Source: Prionailurus viverrinus (lineage: Eukaryota). From it: 64,000 nt of DNA. The translations under genes were made by a program, and so were the position numbers. The DNA lies in contig NC_062561.1 of assembly GCF_022837055.1 (NCBI RefSeq), positions 680,715 through 744,714 on the forward strand, in the 5' to 3' direction. The notes below the pieces were generated by a model. It did not search any database. It had not been told where the DNA came from and was given only the letters and a program-made list of their open reading frames with translations. Shown here in pieces: positions 35,811 through 47,446 of the stretch (its first letter is position 1; the number at the start of each line of letters is the position of its first letter).

Positions 35811-36762
35811 ATTGGGACCTCATCAAAATAAAATCAGATAAAGGGTTAGTATCCAAAATCTACAAAGAACTTATCAAACTCAACACCCAAAAAACAAATA
35901 ATCTAGTGAAGAAATGGGCAAAAGACATGAATAGACACTTCTCCAAACAAGGCATCTAGATGGCAAACCAACACATGAAAAAATGCTCAACATCACTCAT
36001 CATCAGGGAAATACAAATCGAAACCACAATGAGATACCACCTTACCCCTCTCAGAATGGCTAACATGGACAACTCAGGCAACAACATATATTGGCGAGGA
36101 TGCAGAGAAAGAGGATCTCTTTTGCACTGTTGGTGGCAATGCAAGCTGGTGCAGCCACTCTGGAAAACAGTATGGAGGTTCCTCAAAAAACTAAAAATAG
36201 AACTACCCTACAACCTAGCAATTCCACTACTAGGCATTTATCCACAGGATACAGGTGTGCTGTTTCTAAGGGACACATGCACCCCCATGTTTATAGCAGC
36301 ACTATCAACAATAGCCAAAGTATGGAAAGAGCCCAAATGTCCATCAATGGATGAATGGATAAAGAAGATGTGGTATATATATACAATGGAATATTACTCG
36401 GCAATCAAAAAGAATGAAATCTTGTCATTTGCAACTACGTGGAAGGAACTGGAGGGTATTACACTAAGTGAAATTAGTCAGTCAGAGAAAGACAAAAATC
36501 ATATGACTTCACTCATATGAGGACTTTAAGAGACAAAACAGATGAACATAAGGGAAGGGAAAGAAAAGTAATATAAAAACAGGGAGGGGGACAAAACAGA
36601 AGAGACTCATAAATATGGAGAACAAACTGAGGGTTATTGGAGGGGTTGTGGGAGAGGGGATGGGCTAAATGGGTAAGGGGCATTAAGGAATTTAGTAAAG
36701 AAAATAAGTAAATTAACGAATTTAGTAAGGAAGTAAATTAAGGAATTTAGTAAGCTCAGATA
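35811..36762 (+). mobile_element. 5'-truncated carnivore L1 3' end (ORF2 C-terminus plus 3' UTR) with a short minisatellite-like tail. TSD tttagtaagctca.
   Basis: Track ORF 35960..36520 ([48 protein letters not shown]...[40 protein letters not shown]...). The TSD is at 35797-35810 and 36749-36761. The tail carries three spaced copies of GAATTTAGTAA(A/G)G. Confidence 0.88.
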
Positions 36763-37246
36763 AAGTATTTTAAAACCACTCTTTTAAGGCCTGGAATGCA
36801 ATAAAAAAAAAAAAAAAACAGGCAGAAACTAGAAGGATCAAAATCCCTGAAAAAAGGAAGAAAATGAGGTGAGTTCTACATTTACTCAACTATTCACCCA
36901 AAGGTACTTCTCAGTTCATGAGGCACATGAGAGGTTAGAACTGAAATGGAAAGTCTTAATGGGATAATGACATAGGAGTTAGAGTTCAAGGCTGCCAGAG
37001 TGGCCGGAAAGTAAGGGTGAAACTCCTAAAAAGGAAGGAGCCACAGAGCCCAGAGCTCTGAAATCTGCATACAGATTCCCTCAGATTGTTGGCTCTCCCC
37101 TAACCTGTACATACACGTGACTTCAAGGAGTCCAGAAAAAAAGCAACAGCTGGAGAGAAAAAGAGCAGAGATTCCAGCTGCTGCCAGGTGTTGGGGAGAC
37201 AGAGTTTGGTGTTTGAATTATACCAAATTAGAATTGACAAACATCT

Positions 37247-37470
37247 TGGGGTGCCTGCGTGGCTCAGTCGGTTAAGCATCCCACTTTGGCTCAGGTCATG
37301 ATCTTGTGGTTCCTGAGTTCAAGCCTTGTGTCGGGCTCTGTGCTGACAGCTCAGAGCCTGGAGCCTGCTTTGGATTCTGTGTCTCCTCTCTCTGCCCCTC
37401 CCCGACTCGCGTGTGTGCGCTCTCTCTCAAAAATAAATAAGCATTAAAAAATTTTTTTAACAACAAAAAA
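37247..37470 (+). mobile_element. CAN-SINE
   Basis: GGGGTGCCTGCGTGGCTCAGTCGGTTAAGCATCCCACTTTGGCTCAGGTCATGATCTTGTGGTTCCTGAGTTCAAGCCTTGTGTCGGGC...AAATAAATAAGCATTAAAAAA. Confidence 0.9.
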
Positions 37471-38419
37471 ATAACTTGTAAACATCTCAAGTTTTCTACT
37501 AAAACCCAAAAAGGGTAAAAGGGACCATAAACCAGGGAAAAAACAAAATTGGCCCCTTAACAAAGCCTAAAACAAAGCTTTTACAGGATACACCAGAACA
37601 TAACTCAACACTCTTTTGAAGAAGATAACATACTTCAGGGGCTCCACAACCTTCGATGTACAGTGTAGAATGAAAATTTAATAACATACAAAGAAGCAGG
37701 AAAATATGACTTATAATCTAGGGGGAAATGGCCTATAGATGCTGACCTCCAGGTGCCCCAGATGTTGGAATTAGCAGATAAGGATTTTAAAACTGCTATT
37801 ATAAATACAGTAAAGGTTTACCAGAAAATAATGGGTGAAAAAATGGGGGAATCTCAGCAAATAGATGGAAACTCTAAGAATCAAATGAAAATTCTAGAAC
37901 TGGAAAATAAAATTATCTTCAATGGAAAGGTCATTGGATGGGCTTAACTGCAGAATGAACAAAACAGAAAAAAGTATCAGGTAACTTAAATTATAATAAT
38001 ATAATGTGGTAATAAAAATTATCCAAACTGAAGCATAGAAAAAAAAATAGAATGAGGTAAAGAAGAGAATCCAGGACATGTGAAATGGTATCAAAAGGTT
38101 TTACACTTGTGTCATTGGGATCTCAGAAGGAATGAAAGTAGATAGAAAAATGTTTGAATAAATAATAACTGAATTTTTTCTAAAATTGTTGAAAGACATC
38201 AACTTATAGATCCAAGAAATTCAGTATAACTTCAGGCAGAATAAATACAATTAGAACCGCATTTGAGTAGACCAGAATCAAACTGCTGAAAACCACAGAT
38301 AAATCTTAAAGCAGACAGGAAAAAAGACACATTAGAGTCCAGAGAATATCAATAAGAATTTTATATTCACATCAGAAATAATGGAAGCTACAAGAAAATG
38401 GAACTGTATCTTTACATTT

Positions 38420-38618
38420 ATTCATTTTTTGAGATAGAGACAGAGTGCAAGTGGGGAAAGGGCAGAGAGAGAGACACACACACACAGAATCCGAAGGAGG
38501 CTCCAGGCTCTGAATTGTCAGCACAGAGCCTGATATGGGGCTTGAACTCATGGACCATGAGAACTCATGACCTGAGCCAAAGTCAGACACTTAACCGACT
38601 GAGCCACCCAGGTGCCCC
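38420..38618 (-). mobile_element. CAN-SINE inserted in older L1 ORF1. Approximately 22-bp TSD agaaaatggaa(c/t)t(g/a)tatcttta
   Basis: On the + strand: TTCATTTTTTGAGATAGAGACAGAG...GAGCCACCCAGGTGCCCC, with flanking repeats at about 38393-38416 and 38619-38642. Confidence 0.88.
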
Positions 38619-38871
38619 AGAAAATGGAATTATATCTTTAAAGTGCTAAAAGAAAAAACCTATAGACTGAGAACTCTATATCCAGCAGAAAAGATCCTTT
38701 AAAAATAAAGGAAACTTTGTTTCCATAATCATAAAGACAGAGAACAAACTGGCAGTTGCTAGAGGGAAAAGAGTTGGGGGAGGGCAGATGGGCAAAATGG
38801 GTGAAGAGAATTAAGAGGTACAAACTTCTAGTTATACGTAAATAGTGATGGAGATGAACAGTACAACATAG

Positions 38872-39016
38872 GGGGCGCCTGGCTGACTCAGTTAAGCATC
38901 CATCTCTTGATTTTGGCTCAGGTCAGGATCTCACGGTTCCTAAGATGGAGTGCTGCATCACAGAGCCTGCTTGAGGTTCTCTCTCTCCCTCTCTCTGCCC
39001 CTCCCCTGCTTGTGCA

Positions 39017-39069
<53 letters not shown>

Positions 39070-39098
39070 AATAAGTAGACATTTTTAAAAAAAGAAAA
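38872..39098 (+). mobile_element. CAN-SINE inserted in an L1 3' end. TSD agtaca(a/g)catagg. (TC)n of about 60 bp.
   Basis: GGGGCGCCTGGCTGACTCAGTTAAGCATCCATCTCTTGATTTTGGCTCAGGTCAGGATCTCACGGTTCC..., (TC)n, ATCAAAATAAGTAGACATTTTTAAAAAAAG. Confidence 0.85.
39030..39065 (+). repeat. (TC)n microsatellite in a SINE tail
   Basis: ctctctctctctctctctctctctctctctctctct. Confidence 0.9.
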
Positions 39099-39507
39099 GT
39101 ACAGCATAGGGAATATAGTCAATAACACTGTAATAACAGTGTATAATGACAGATGGTAACTACATCTGAATGACTGTGAGTGTAGTATAATGTGTACAAT
39201 TACTGAGTCACTGTTATTCACCTGAAACTAACATAACATTGTATGTCAACTATACATCAGTTAAAAGAAAAGAACACTAAGCACAAGGAAATACAATGTA
39301 TGCATATATATGTATGTATTCAGATTAACAAATAAAAATCCGGAAAAAGAAAAAAATGAAATTAAGGAAATAAGGAAATTAACAAAAGACAAACAAAAGC
39401 TGATTCAGGGTCAAAGGATAGAAGATCAAAATACAAAAATCAATTTTAATTCCATTATTCCATTTGCCAGCCACAAATCATGGGAAAATGCAATTAAAAA
39501 AATTTTT

Positions 39508-39715
39508 AATGTTTATTTATTTTTGAGAAAGAGACAGAGACAGAGCATGAGCAGGGGTGGGGCAAAGAGAGAGGGAGATACAGAATTTGAAGCAGGCTCC
39601 AGGCTCCGAGCTGTTAGCACAGAGCCTGATGCGGGGCTCAAACCCATGTGAACTGCAAGATCATGACCTGACCCAAAGTTGGACGCTTAACCAACTGAGC
39701 CACCCAAGGTCTCCA
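39508..39715 (-). mobile_element. CAN-SINE. TSD about gaaaa(t)gcaatt
   Basis: On the + strand: TTTTTAATGTTTATTTATTTTTGAGAAAGAGACAGAG...CAGGCTCCAGGCTCCGAGCTGTTAGCACAGAGCCTGATGCGGGGCTCAAACCC...GAGCCACCCAAGGTCTCC. Confidence 0.88.
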
Positions 39716-39975
39716 GAAAAGCAATTTTAAAATACTATTTATAGTGGTATTAAAAATATCAAATACCTAACAATAAATTTTTTAAAAGATATGCAAGATT
39801 TCTCAAGTGAAAACTACAAAACATTATTGAGAGAATTCTTAAAAGATCTAACTAAGTGGAAAAAATTTCTCTCAAAACAAGAAGATGTCAATTCTCCCCA
39901 AAGTGATCTATATATTCAATGCTGTGAATAACCATGCCTACAAATTTGATAATCTAGATAAAATGGACTTATTCC

Positions 39976-40188
39976 GGGGCGCCTGGGTGGCGCAGTCGGT
40001 TAAGCGTCCGACTTCAGCCAGGTCACGATCTCGCGGTCCGTGAGTTCGAGCCCCGCGTCAGGCTCTGGGCTGATGGCTCAGAGCCTGGAGCCTGCTTCCG
40101 ATTCTGTGTCTCCCTCTCTCTCTGCCCCTCCCCCGTTCATGCTCTCTCTCTCTCTGTCCCAAAAATAAATAAAAGTTGAAAAAAAAAA
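39976..40188 (+). mobile_element. Young CAN-SINE subfamily copy inserted in L1 ORF2 sequence. Perfect 15-bp TSD aaatggacttattcc.
   Basis: GGGGCGCCTGGGTGGCGCAGTCGGTTAAGCGTCCGACTTCAGCCAGGTCACGATCTCGCGGTCCGTGAGTTCGAGCCCCGCGTCAGGCTCTGGGCTGATGGCTC...CCCCCGTTCATGCTCTCTCTCTCTCTGTCCCAAAAATAAATAAAAGTTGAAAAAAAAA. The TSD is at 39961-39975 and 40187-40200. Confidence 0.93.
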
Positions 40189-41066
40189 TGGACTTATTCC
40201 TTGAAAGACAGTATCTGCCAAAGTCACTCAAGAAGAAATGGAAAATAGGAATAGACCTATATCTATAAAATAAATTGAATCAATAATTAATAACCTTCAA
40301 AACAGAAAGCACCAGGCCCAGATGAGTTCACTGGTGAATTCTACCAACATTTAAGGAACTAATTATAGCAAGTCTTTATGGTGTCTTTCAGAGTATAGAA
40401 GCAGAGGGAATAATTCCTAATTCATTCTATTCATTCTAATTCATTCTAAGGGCAGCATTACGCTAATGCCAAAACTAGACAAAGACATTACTAGAGAAGA
40501 AAACTACAAACCAATATCTCTCAGGAACATAGATGCAAAAATCCTCAATAAAATATTAGCAAGTTGAATCCAAAAAAGTGTAAAAAGAGCAATATACATG
40601 ACCAAGTGGGATTTATCACAAGTACACATGGCTGGTTCAACATTAGAAAATCTATCAATGTGATCCATTACATCAACAAACTAAAAACAAAAAAATTACA
40701 TGATTATACCAATAGATTCAGAAAAAGCATTTGAGAAGATCCAATACTCATTCATGCTATAAAATCTCAGTAAACAAAGTATTGAAAGAGCCCAAATGTC
40801 CATCAACTGATGAATGGATAAAGAAGATGTGGTATACATGTACAATGGAATATCACTTGGAAATCAGAAAGAATAAAATCTTACCATTTGCAACAATGCA
40901 GATGCAACTAGAGTGTGTGTTATGCTAAGCAAAATAAGTCAGTCAGAGAAACACAAATATCGTATGATTTCACTCATATGTGGAATTTAAGATACAAAAC
41001 AGATGAACTTAGAGGAAGGGAAGCAAAAATAAAATAAAAACAGAGAGGGAGGCAACCATAAGAGAC

Positions 41067-41284
41067 TTTTTTTTTATTTTTTTTTAACACTTATTTTTGA
41101 GACAGAGAGAGACAGAGCATGAACGGGGGAGGGGCAGAGAGAGAGGGAGACACAGAATCGGAAGCAGGCTCCAGGCTCTGAGCCATCAGCCCAGAGCCCG
41201 ACGCAGGGCTCGAACTCAGGGACCGTGAGATCGTGACCTGAGCCAAAGTCGGACGCTCAACCGACTGAGCCACCCAGGCACCCC
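41067..41284 (-). mobile_element. Young CAN-SINE subfamily copy (minus) inserted in an L1 3' UTR. TSD (cc)ataagagact.
   Basis: Reverse complement reads GGGGTGCCTGGGTGGCTCAGTCGGTTGAGCGTCCGACTTTGGCTCAGGTCACGATCTCACGGTCCCTGAGTTCGAGCCCTGCGTCGGGCTCTGGGCTGATGGCTC...CCCCCGTTCATGCTCTGTCTCTCTCTGTCTCAAAAATAAGTGTTAAAAAAAAA. The TSD is at 41057-41066 and 41285-41294. Confidence 0.92.
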
Positions 41285-42695
41285 ATAAGAGACTCTTAAA
41301 TACAAAAAACAAACAGGGTTGCTGGTGGGGTATTGTGGGGAGATGGGCAAAATGGGAGGTGAGCATTAAGGAGGGCACCGGGTGTTATATGTAAGTGATG
41401 AATCATTAAATTCTATCCCTGAAATCATTATTACACTATGTGTTAACTAAAACGTGGATCTAAATAAAAATAAATTAAATAAATAAATAGATAAATAAAA
41501 TCTCAGTAAACAATGAATAGAGGAGAACCTCTTCAACTAAAGACTATCTATAAAAAACTTACAGCTAATACTATGCAAAATGGTGACAATATAGAAGGTT
41601 TTCCATCAAGATCAGGTACAAGACAAAGATTTCCCCTCTCTCCACTCCTTTTTAATATTGTACTAGAAGTCCTTGCTAATGCAATAAGGCAGGAACAGAA
41701 AGTAAAAGATCTACAGATCAGGAAGGAAGAAATTAAAATTTTCTTTGTTTACAGATGATATGATTGTTGACAATTCAAAATAATCAACAAAAAACTCGTG
41801 GAACTTAACTGGAATTAAAATTAAAACTTAAAAAAAAAGAAGTCTTAATCAGATTTGCAGCATGACCCTGATACCAAAACCAGACAAGGACACTACAAGA
41901 AAAGAAAATTACAGGCCAATATTCCTGATGATTACAGATGCAAAAATGCTCAACAAAATATTAGAAACTCAAGTTCAACAATTCGCTAAAAGTATCATGA
42001 TCAAGTGGGATTTGTTCCAGGGATGCAAGGATGATTCAACATCTGCAAATTAATCAACATTATATACCACATTAACAAAATGAAGGATAAGAAAAATCAT
42101 TTGATCATCTCAGTGGATACAAAAAAAGCATTTGACAAGTCTTTTTTATCACTTATGTTAAAAAGTATTCTCAACAAAGTGGGTATAGAGGGAATGTTTC
42201 TCAGCCTAATAAAAGCCATGTTTGACAGGCCCACAGCTAACATAATATTCAGTAGTGAAAAGCAGAAAGCTTTTCCTCTAAGATCAGGAGCCCAATGATC
42301 TTAGGCAAGGATGCCCACTATCCCCATTTTTATTCAACATAGTATTGGAGGTCCTAGTCAGAAAGAGGTCCAATGCAAGAAAGAGAAATAAAAGGCATCA
42401 AATCAGAAAGGAAGAAGTACAACTATCACTATTTGCAAACTGACATGATAGTATATATAGAAAATCCTAAAGACTCCACCACAGAACTATTAGAACTAAT
42501 ACACAAATTAAGGAAAATTGCAGGATACAAAATCAATACACAAAATCAGTTGTGTTTCTATGCGGTAATAATGAACTATCAGAAAAAGAAATTAAGAAAA
42601 TAATCCGATTTACATGTTTCAAAAAGAATAAAATACCTATGAATAAATTTAACAAAGGAGGTGAAAGACTAATACATAAAAAGTATAAGATACAC

Positions 42696-42930
42696 GGGGC
42701 GCCTGGGTGGCGCAGTCGGTTAAGCGTCCGACTTCAGCCAGGTCACGATCTCACGATCTCGCGGTCCGGGAGTTCGAGCCCCGCATCAGGCTCTGGGCTG
42801 ATGGCTCGGAGCCTGGAGCCTGTTTCCGATTCTGTGTCTCCCTCTCTCTCTGCCCCTCGCCCATTCATGCTCTGTCTCTCTCTGTCCCAAAAATAAATAA
42901 ACGTTGAAAAAAAAATTAAAAAAAAAAAAA
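42696..42930 (+). mobile_element. Young CAN-SINE subfamily copy inserted in L1M ORF2. TSD aaaagtataagatac. Contains an internal 9-bp duplication (CACGATCTCACGATCTCG).
   Basis: GGGGCGCCTGGGTGGCGCAGTCGGTTAAGCGTCCGACTTCAGCCAGGTCACGATCTCACGATCTCGCGGTCCGGGAGTTCGAGCCCCGCATCAGGC... The TSD is at about 42679-42695 and 42926-42942. Confidence 0.93.
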
Positions 42931-44677
42931 GTATAAGATACTGATGAAAGAAATTAAAGTAGACACAAATAAATAGAAAGCTATTCCATGCTCATGGATT
43001 GGAATATTGCTTAAATGTTCATACTACCCAAAGCAATCTACAGACTCAATGCAATCCTTATCAAAACTCCAATGGCATTCTTCACAGAAATAAACAATCC
43101 TAAAATTTGTACAGAACCACACATACCCTCTCTCTCTCTCAAAAGAAACCAAAAAAATCCCAAAAGAAGTCAAGTTTTTAAAAAGATTGATAATAATCAC
43201 AAAGTTCTTGCATGAGTGAACAAAAAGAGAAAGAAGGCATTATAAAGAATATTAAGAATAAAAGAGGGTAGTTAATGAAAAGTGGTAGAGAGATTTAAAG
43301 AATAATAAGATCTTATGAACAGCCTTATGCCAATAAAGCTTAAAACTTAGGTGAATTTTCAGAAAATATTAAATTTACCACACCCAACTAAAGAAAAAAT
43401 AGAAAGCTTGAATAATTCTGTAGTGATTAAAGAAATTAGTTTAAAACCTTCTCACAAAGAAAACAACACTAGGTTGAGATTATTTTACCCCATTCTTCTA
43501 CCAAATATTCAAAGAACAGATAATTCCAACCTAATACAAAGTATTGTAGATCTTAGGAAAAATATGAGAATACTTTTCAGCTTATTTTACTAACATAATT
43601 TAATTTAAAAATATGACAAAGATTGCAATAGCATCAAAAACAATAAAATACCTAGGAATAAATTGAGCAAAAGATATGCAAGACTTGTACACTGAAAACT
43701 ATAAGATATTAATGAAAGAAATTTTAAAAGATCTAAATAATGGAAGAATGTCACATGTTCATGGATTGGAAGCCTTAATATTGTTAAGATAGCAATACTC
43801 CCCCAAATGATCTACAGATTCAATCCACGCCCTATCAAAATCTCAGATTACTTTCTTGCCGAAATTGACAAGCTGATCCTAAAATTCATATGGAAGACCT
43901 GGAATGGCCAAAACAATCTTGAAAAAAACAAAAAACAGGAGGAGTAACACTTCTCAATTTCAAAATTTAAGGAAAAACTGCATTAATCAAGACAATGTGG
44001 TAATGGCATAAGGGTAGATGGAATGGAATCAATGGAATAGAATTGACAGTCCAGAAATAAGCCTCTTCATTATGGTCAGTTGTTGTGTGACAAGGATGTC
44101 AAGACAATCCAACGGGGAAAGAACAGCCTTTTTCACAAACACCTGGCACTGGAACAACTGGATATCTAAGAGGCAAAAGTGTGAAATTGGATCTCTTTCT
44201 TCCAAATATAAGTTAAAACTATTCATCTCCTAGAAGAAAACAGAAGTAAATCTTCATGACCTTTGATTAGGCAATGGTCTCTTGACACTGAAAGCACAAA
44301 AGAAAAATAGACAAACTAAACTTGATCAAATTTAAAATTGTATATGTAAGGTATGCCTCAATTAAAATTTTTTGAAATTTTGTGTGCAACTGAAAAATTA
44401 AAAGACAACACAAAGAATGGGAGAAAATGTTTGTGAATCATGTATCTGATAAGGGACTGGTATCCAGAATATATGAAGAACACTTATAATTCAGTAATAA
44501 AAAGCTAAATGGTACAATTAAAAAGTAGGCAAAGGATTTGAATAGATATTTCTCCAGAGAAGACATACAAATGGCTAATACAGACCTGAAAAGATGCTTA
44601 ACCTCATTAGTCATCAGGGAAATGGAAATAAAAACTATAGTGATGTACTACTTCATACCCACTAGGGTGACTATAAT

Positions 44678-44700
44678 TAAAAAAAAAAAAAAAAAAAAAA
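44678..44700 (+). repeat. Poly(A) tract of 23 nt inside L1M sequence
   Basis: aaaaaaaaaaaaaaaaaaaaaaa. Confidence 0.9.
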
Positions 44701-46195
44701 GAACACCCATCAAGGGTGAAAAGATGGAGTTTTCAATTGATGGTGATGGGACAACCAAACAATAAGAAAAAAGTACAGTTTGGCCCTTTACCTCATACCA
44801 TACTCAAAAATTCCAAATAGATTGAAAACCTAAGTATTAAAATACAAAAAATAAAAATTTTGGAAGAAAATACTGGAAAGAATCTTTTTGATTTTAGGAC
44901 AGGTAAAATTTTTTTTAACTTTTTATTTTTAAGTGATTTTAGCCTTGCAGAAAAGTTGCAAATATAGTACAAAGAATTCTCATATACCCTTCACCTAAAT
45001 TCTCCAGATGTTAACATTTGGAAGTATTTAATTTATCATTCAGAGAGGAATTTTCAATGCAAAGAAAGGCACAAGCCATAAAGGAAAAGATTAATAAAGT
45101 AGACTACATACATCAGCCATGCCTTTTCACCAAAAATAAATAAAATTTAAACTGTGAGAAAGGCATACTATAAACTAGCCTAAAGACACATATAAACAGC
45201 ATATAAACAAGGTACAAACCTTGTGATAGAACTGAGTGATAAACACAAACATTAGCATAGTGGTAGCTTCTAAGAGGGAGAACAAGAGAATATGATTGGG
45301 ACATAACTCACAGACACTTTCAAGGTAATGATTATATTCTGTTTCTTAAAATGGGTAGTTGGGTGACTGCTATAAAAAACAAACAAACAGAAAATAACAA
45401 GTATTGGTAAGGATGTAGAGAAATCGGAACCCTGTGCACTGTTGGTGGCAATGTAAAATGGTACAGCTGCTATGGGAAAACAATAGAGTGGTTCTTCAAA
45501 AAATTAAAAATAGAATTACCATATGACTCAGCAAATTCCATTTCTGGGTATATAACCAAAAGAGTTGAAAGAAGGGACTCAGAAATGTTTGTACACACAT
45601 ATTCATAACAGGATTATTTGCAATAGCCAAAAAGTGGAAGCAACCAAATGTTCATTAATGGGTGAATGAATAAAGAAAATGTGATATATACATACAATGG
45701 AATATCATTCAGCCTTAAAAAGGAAGGAATTCTAATCCATGCCATAACATGGATGAGCCTCAAAAACATGATGCTAAGTGAAACAAGCCAGTCACAAAAG
45801 GACAAATACTGTATGATTCCACTTGATTCCATATGATTCCATACGAGATACCAAGAATAGTCAATTTCACAGAAACAGAAAGTAGAATGGTCGTTACTAG
45901 GGGCTGAGAGGAATAGGGGATGGGGGAGTTAGGGTTCCAGAGATAGATGGTGGTGACCGTAACACAACAATGTGAATGTAGTTAGTAACACTGAACTATA
46001 TACTTTAAAATGGTTAAGATGGTAAGTTTTATGTTATGTATATTTTACTAGTCTTTTAAAACAAAAATAATACATAAATGGGCAATTCATACTTGAGTGT
46101 TTGTTATTTATACCCTATAAATACATTTAATTTTTTAAAAATTTAAGTGTATACTTGAGAAGATATGAAATTCATTCTCAAGAAACATCAGGCTT

Positions 46196-46410
46196 AAGGC
46201 TCCTGGGTGGCTCAGTTGGTTAAGCATCCAGCTTTGGCTCAGGTCATGATCTCATGGTTCGTGAGTTTAAGCCCTGCATTAGGCTCTGTGCTGACAGTGC
46301 AGAGCCTGCTTGAGATTCTGTCTCTCTCTCTCTCTCTGCCTTTCCCCCACTTGCTCTCTCTCTCTCTCAAAAGTAAATAATAAACAAAAAGAAAAATTAA
46401 AAAGAAAAAG
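46196..46410 (+). mobile_element. CAN-SINE. TSD gaaacatcaggctt
   Basis: GGCTCCTGGGTGGCTCAGTTGGTTAAGCATCCAGCTTTGGCTCAGGTCATGATCTCATGGTTCGTGAGTTTAAGCCCTGCATTAGGC... with flanking repeats at about 46180-46194 and 46412-46425. Confidence 0.88.
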
Positions 46411-47218
46411 AAACATCAGGCTTTGGTGATGAATTAGATGTGGACAGGTGAAAGAGTTTTCAGGCATGAGCATGGGAAGGGAAAACAACTTTAGATTGAG
46501 CCTACAAACACACTAATAGAGTTATGTTTTGGACATTTAAAATTTGAGATTCCTGGCAGACATTAGAAAGAAATACCTAGTTGGTTCTATGAGGCTAGAG
46601 CTCAGAAAGAGGTAAGAATTGAAAAAGACTTTGGGAGAACCATCAGTACTTAAAGCTATGGACCATGGGCATGTATGACATCACCTAAAGAAAGAGGGTT
46701 GCTAGAACAGAGAAGAGGGCTTAAGGCTGTCCTTGGGCATGCCAATAGTTAGTAGTCAGACAGAATAGGAACCAGCAAAGACATTGAGCAGAAATGGAGA
46801 CACTGAGAAGAAATGGCCACAGAAATAAGAAGAAAGCTAGGGCATCTGGCATCACAGATGGCAGTGGGTAAGCTTTCTTTATGGATATACCCTTCCTATG
46901 GGTTTTCTCTATACTAATTTTTATATCTCCATATTACTCATGTTATTTTTCTGTATGTGTGTTTTTCAGCCTTTTTTCCTCTGGTATAGTTGCGAGATGT
47001 TTGGTTTTTTCTCTGATTTGGCTTTATATCTCTCTACCAAACTTTCCCTTTTATCCTCTTCTTTGTTTCTCTTTTATCTTTCCTTCCCCCTCTTAATTTA
47101 TTTTCTAAGTGATTCTGATAATACTATTTAGGCATTTTATAACTTTATTATTTATGATGTTTTTAATAGAGATACATGTTGCTTGTTATTAATGTCATTT
47201 AAAAATTAGTCTATTTTT

Positions 47219-47446
47219 GGGGCGCCTGGGTGGCGCGGTCGGTTAAGCGTCCGACTTCAGCCAGGTCATGATCTCGCGGTCCGTGAGTTCGAGCCCCGCG
47301 TCGGGCTCTGGGCTGACGGCTCAGAGCCTGGAGCCTGCTTCCGATTCTGTGTCTCCCTCTCTCTCTGCCCCTCCCCCATTCATGCTCTGTCTCTCTCTGT
47401 CCCAAAAATAAATAAACGTTGAAAAAAAAAAATTAAAAAAAAAAAA
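47219..47446 (+). mobile_element. Young CAN-SINE subfamily copy. 18-bp TSD aaaaattagtctattttt.
   Basis: GGGGCGCCTGGGTGGCGCGGTCGGTTAAGCGTCCGACTTCAGCCAGGTCATGATCTCGCGGTCCGTGAGTTCGAGCCCCGCGTCGGGCTCTGGGCTGACGGCTC... The TSD is at 47200-47218 and 47441-47459. Confidence 0.93.

Larger units (their letters stand above)
37490..39300 (+). mobile_element. L1 fragments, comprising an ORF1 region at 37490-38650 and a 3' UTR and terminus at 38650-39300. They are interrupted by the SINEs at 38420-38618 and 38872-39098.
   Basis: The 3' terminus at 39115-39285 reads ATAGGGAATATAGTCAATAACACTGTAATAAC...CACCTGAAACTAACATAACATTGTATGTCAACTATACATCAGTTAAAAGAAAAG, the carnivore L1 3' end. Upstream sequence translates like ORF1 with L1 5' leader. 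Confidence 0.65.
39735..46075 (+). mobile_element. Composite L1 block. It contains older L1M-type ORF2 sequence (N-terminal RT region at 40190-40773, resuming at 41495-44700; C-terminal and 3' region at about 45385-46075). Nested within it are a young SINE (39976-40188), a 5'-truncated younger L1 3' end (40774-41494, TSD aaatctcagtaaacaa) that itself carries a young SINE (41067-41284), and another young SINE (42696-42930).
   Basis: ORF2-like translations include ...KFDNLDKMDLFLERQYLPK..., ...NYRPIFLMITDAKMLNKILETQVQQ..., ...MANTDLKRCLTSLVIREMEIKTIVMYYFIPTRVTIIKK and ...[42 protein letters not shown]. The TSD for the nested L1 3' end is at 40757-40773 and 41495-41511. Confidence 0.7.

Noticed and set aside
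35960-36520. 186-aa ORF ([28 protein letters not shown]...). Similar ORFs occur at 11106-11729, 51627-51923 and 53129-53365.
   Set aside because: This is the L1 ORF2 C-terminal region and recurs in every L1 3' fragment in the window.
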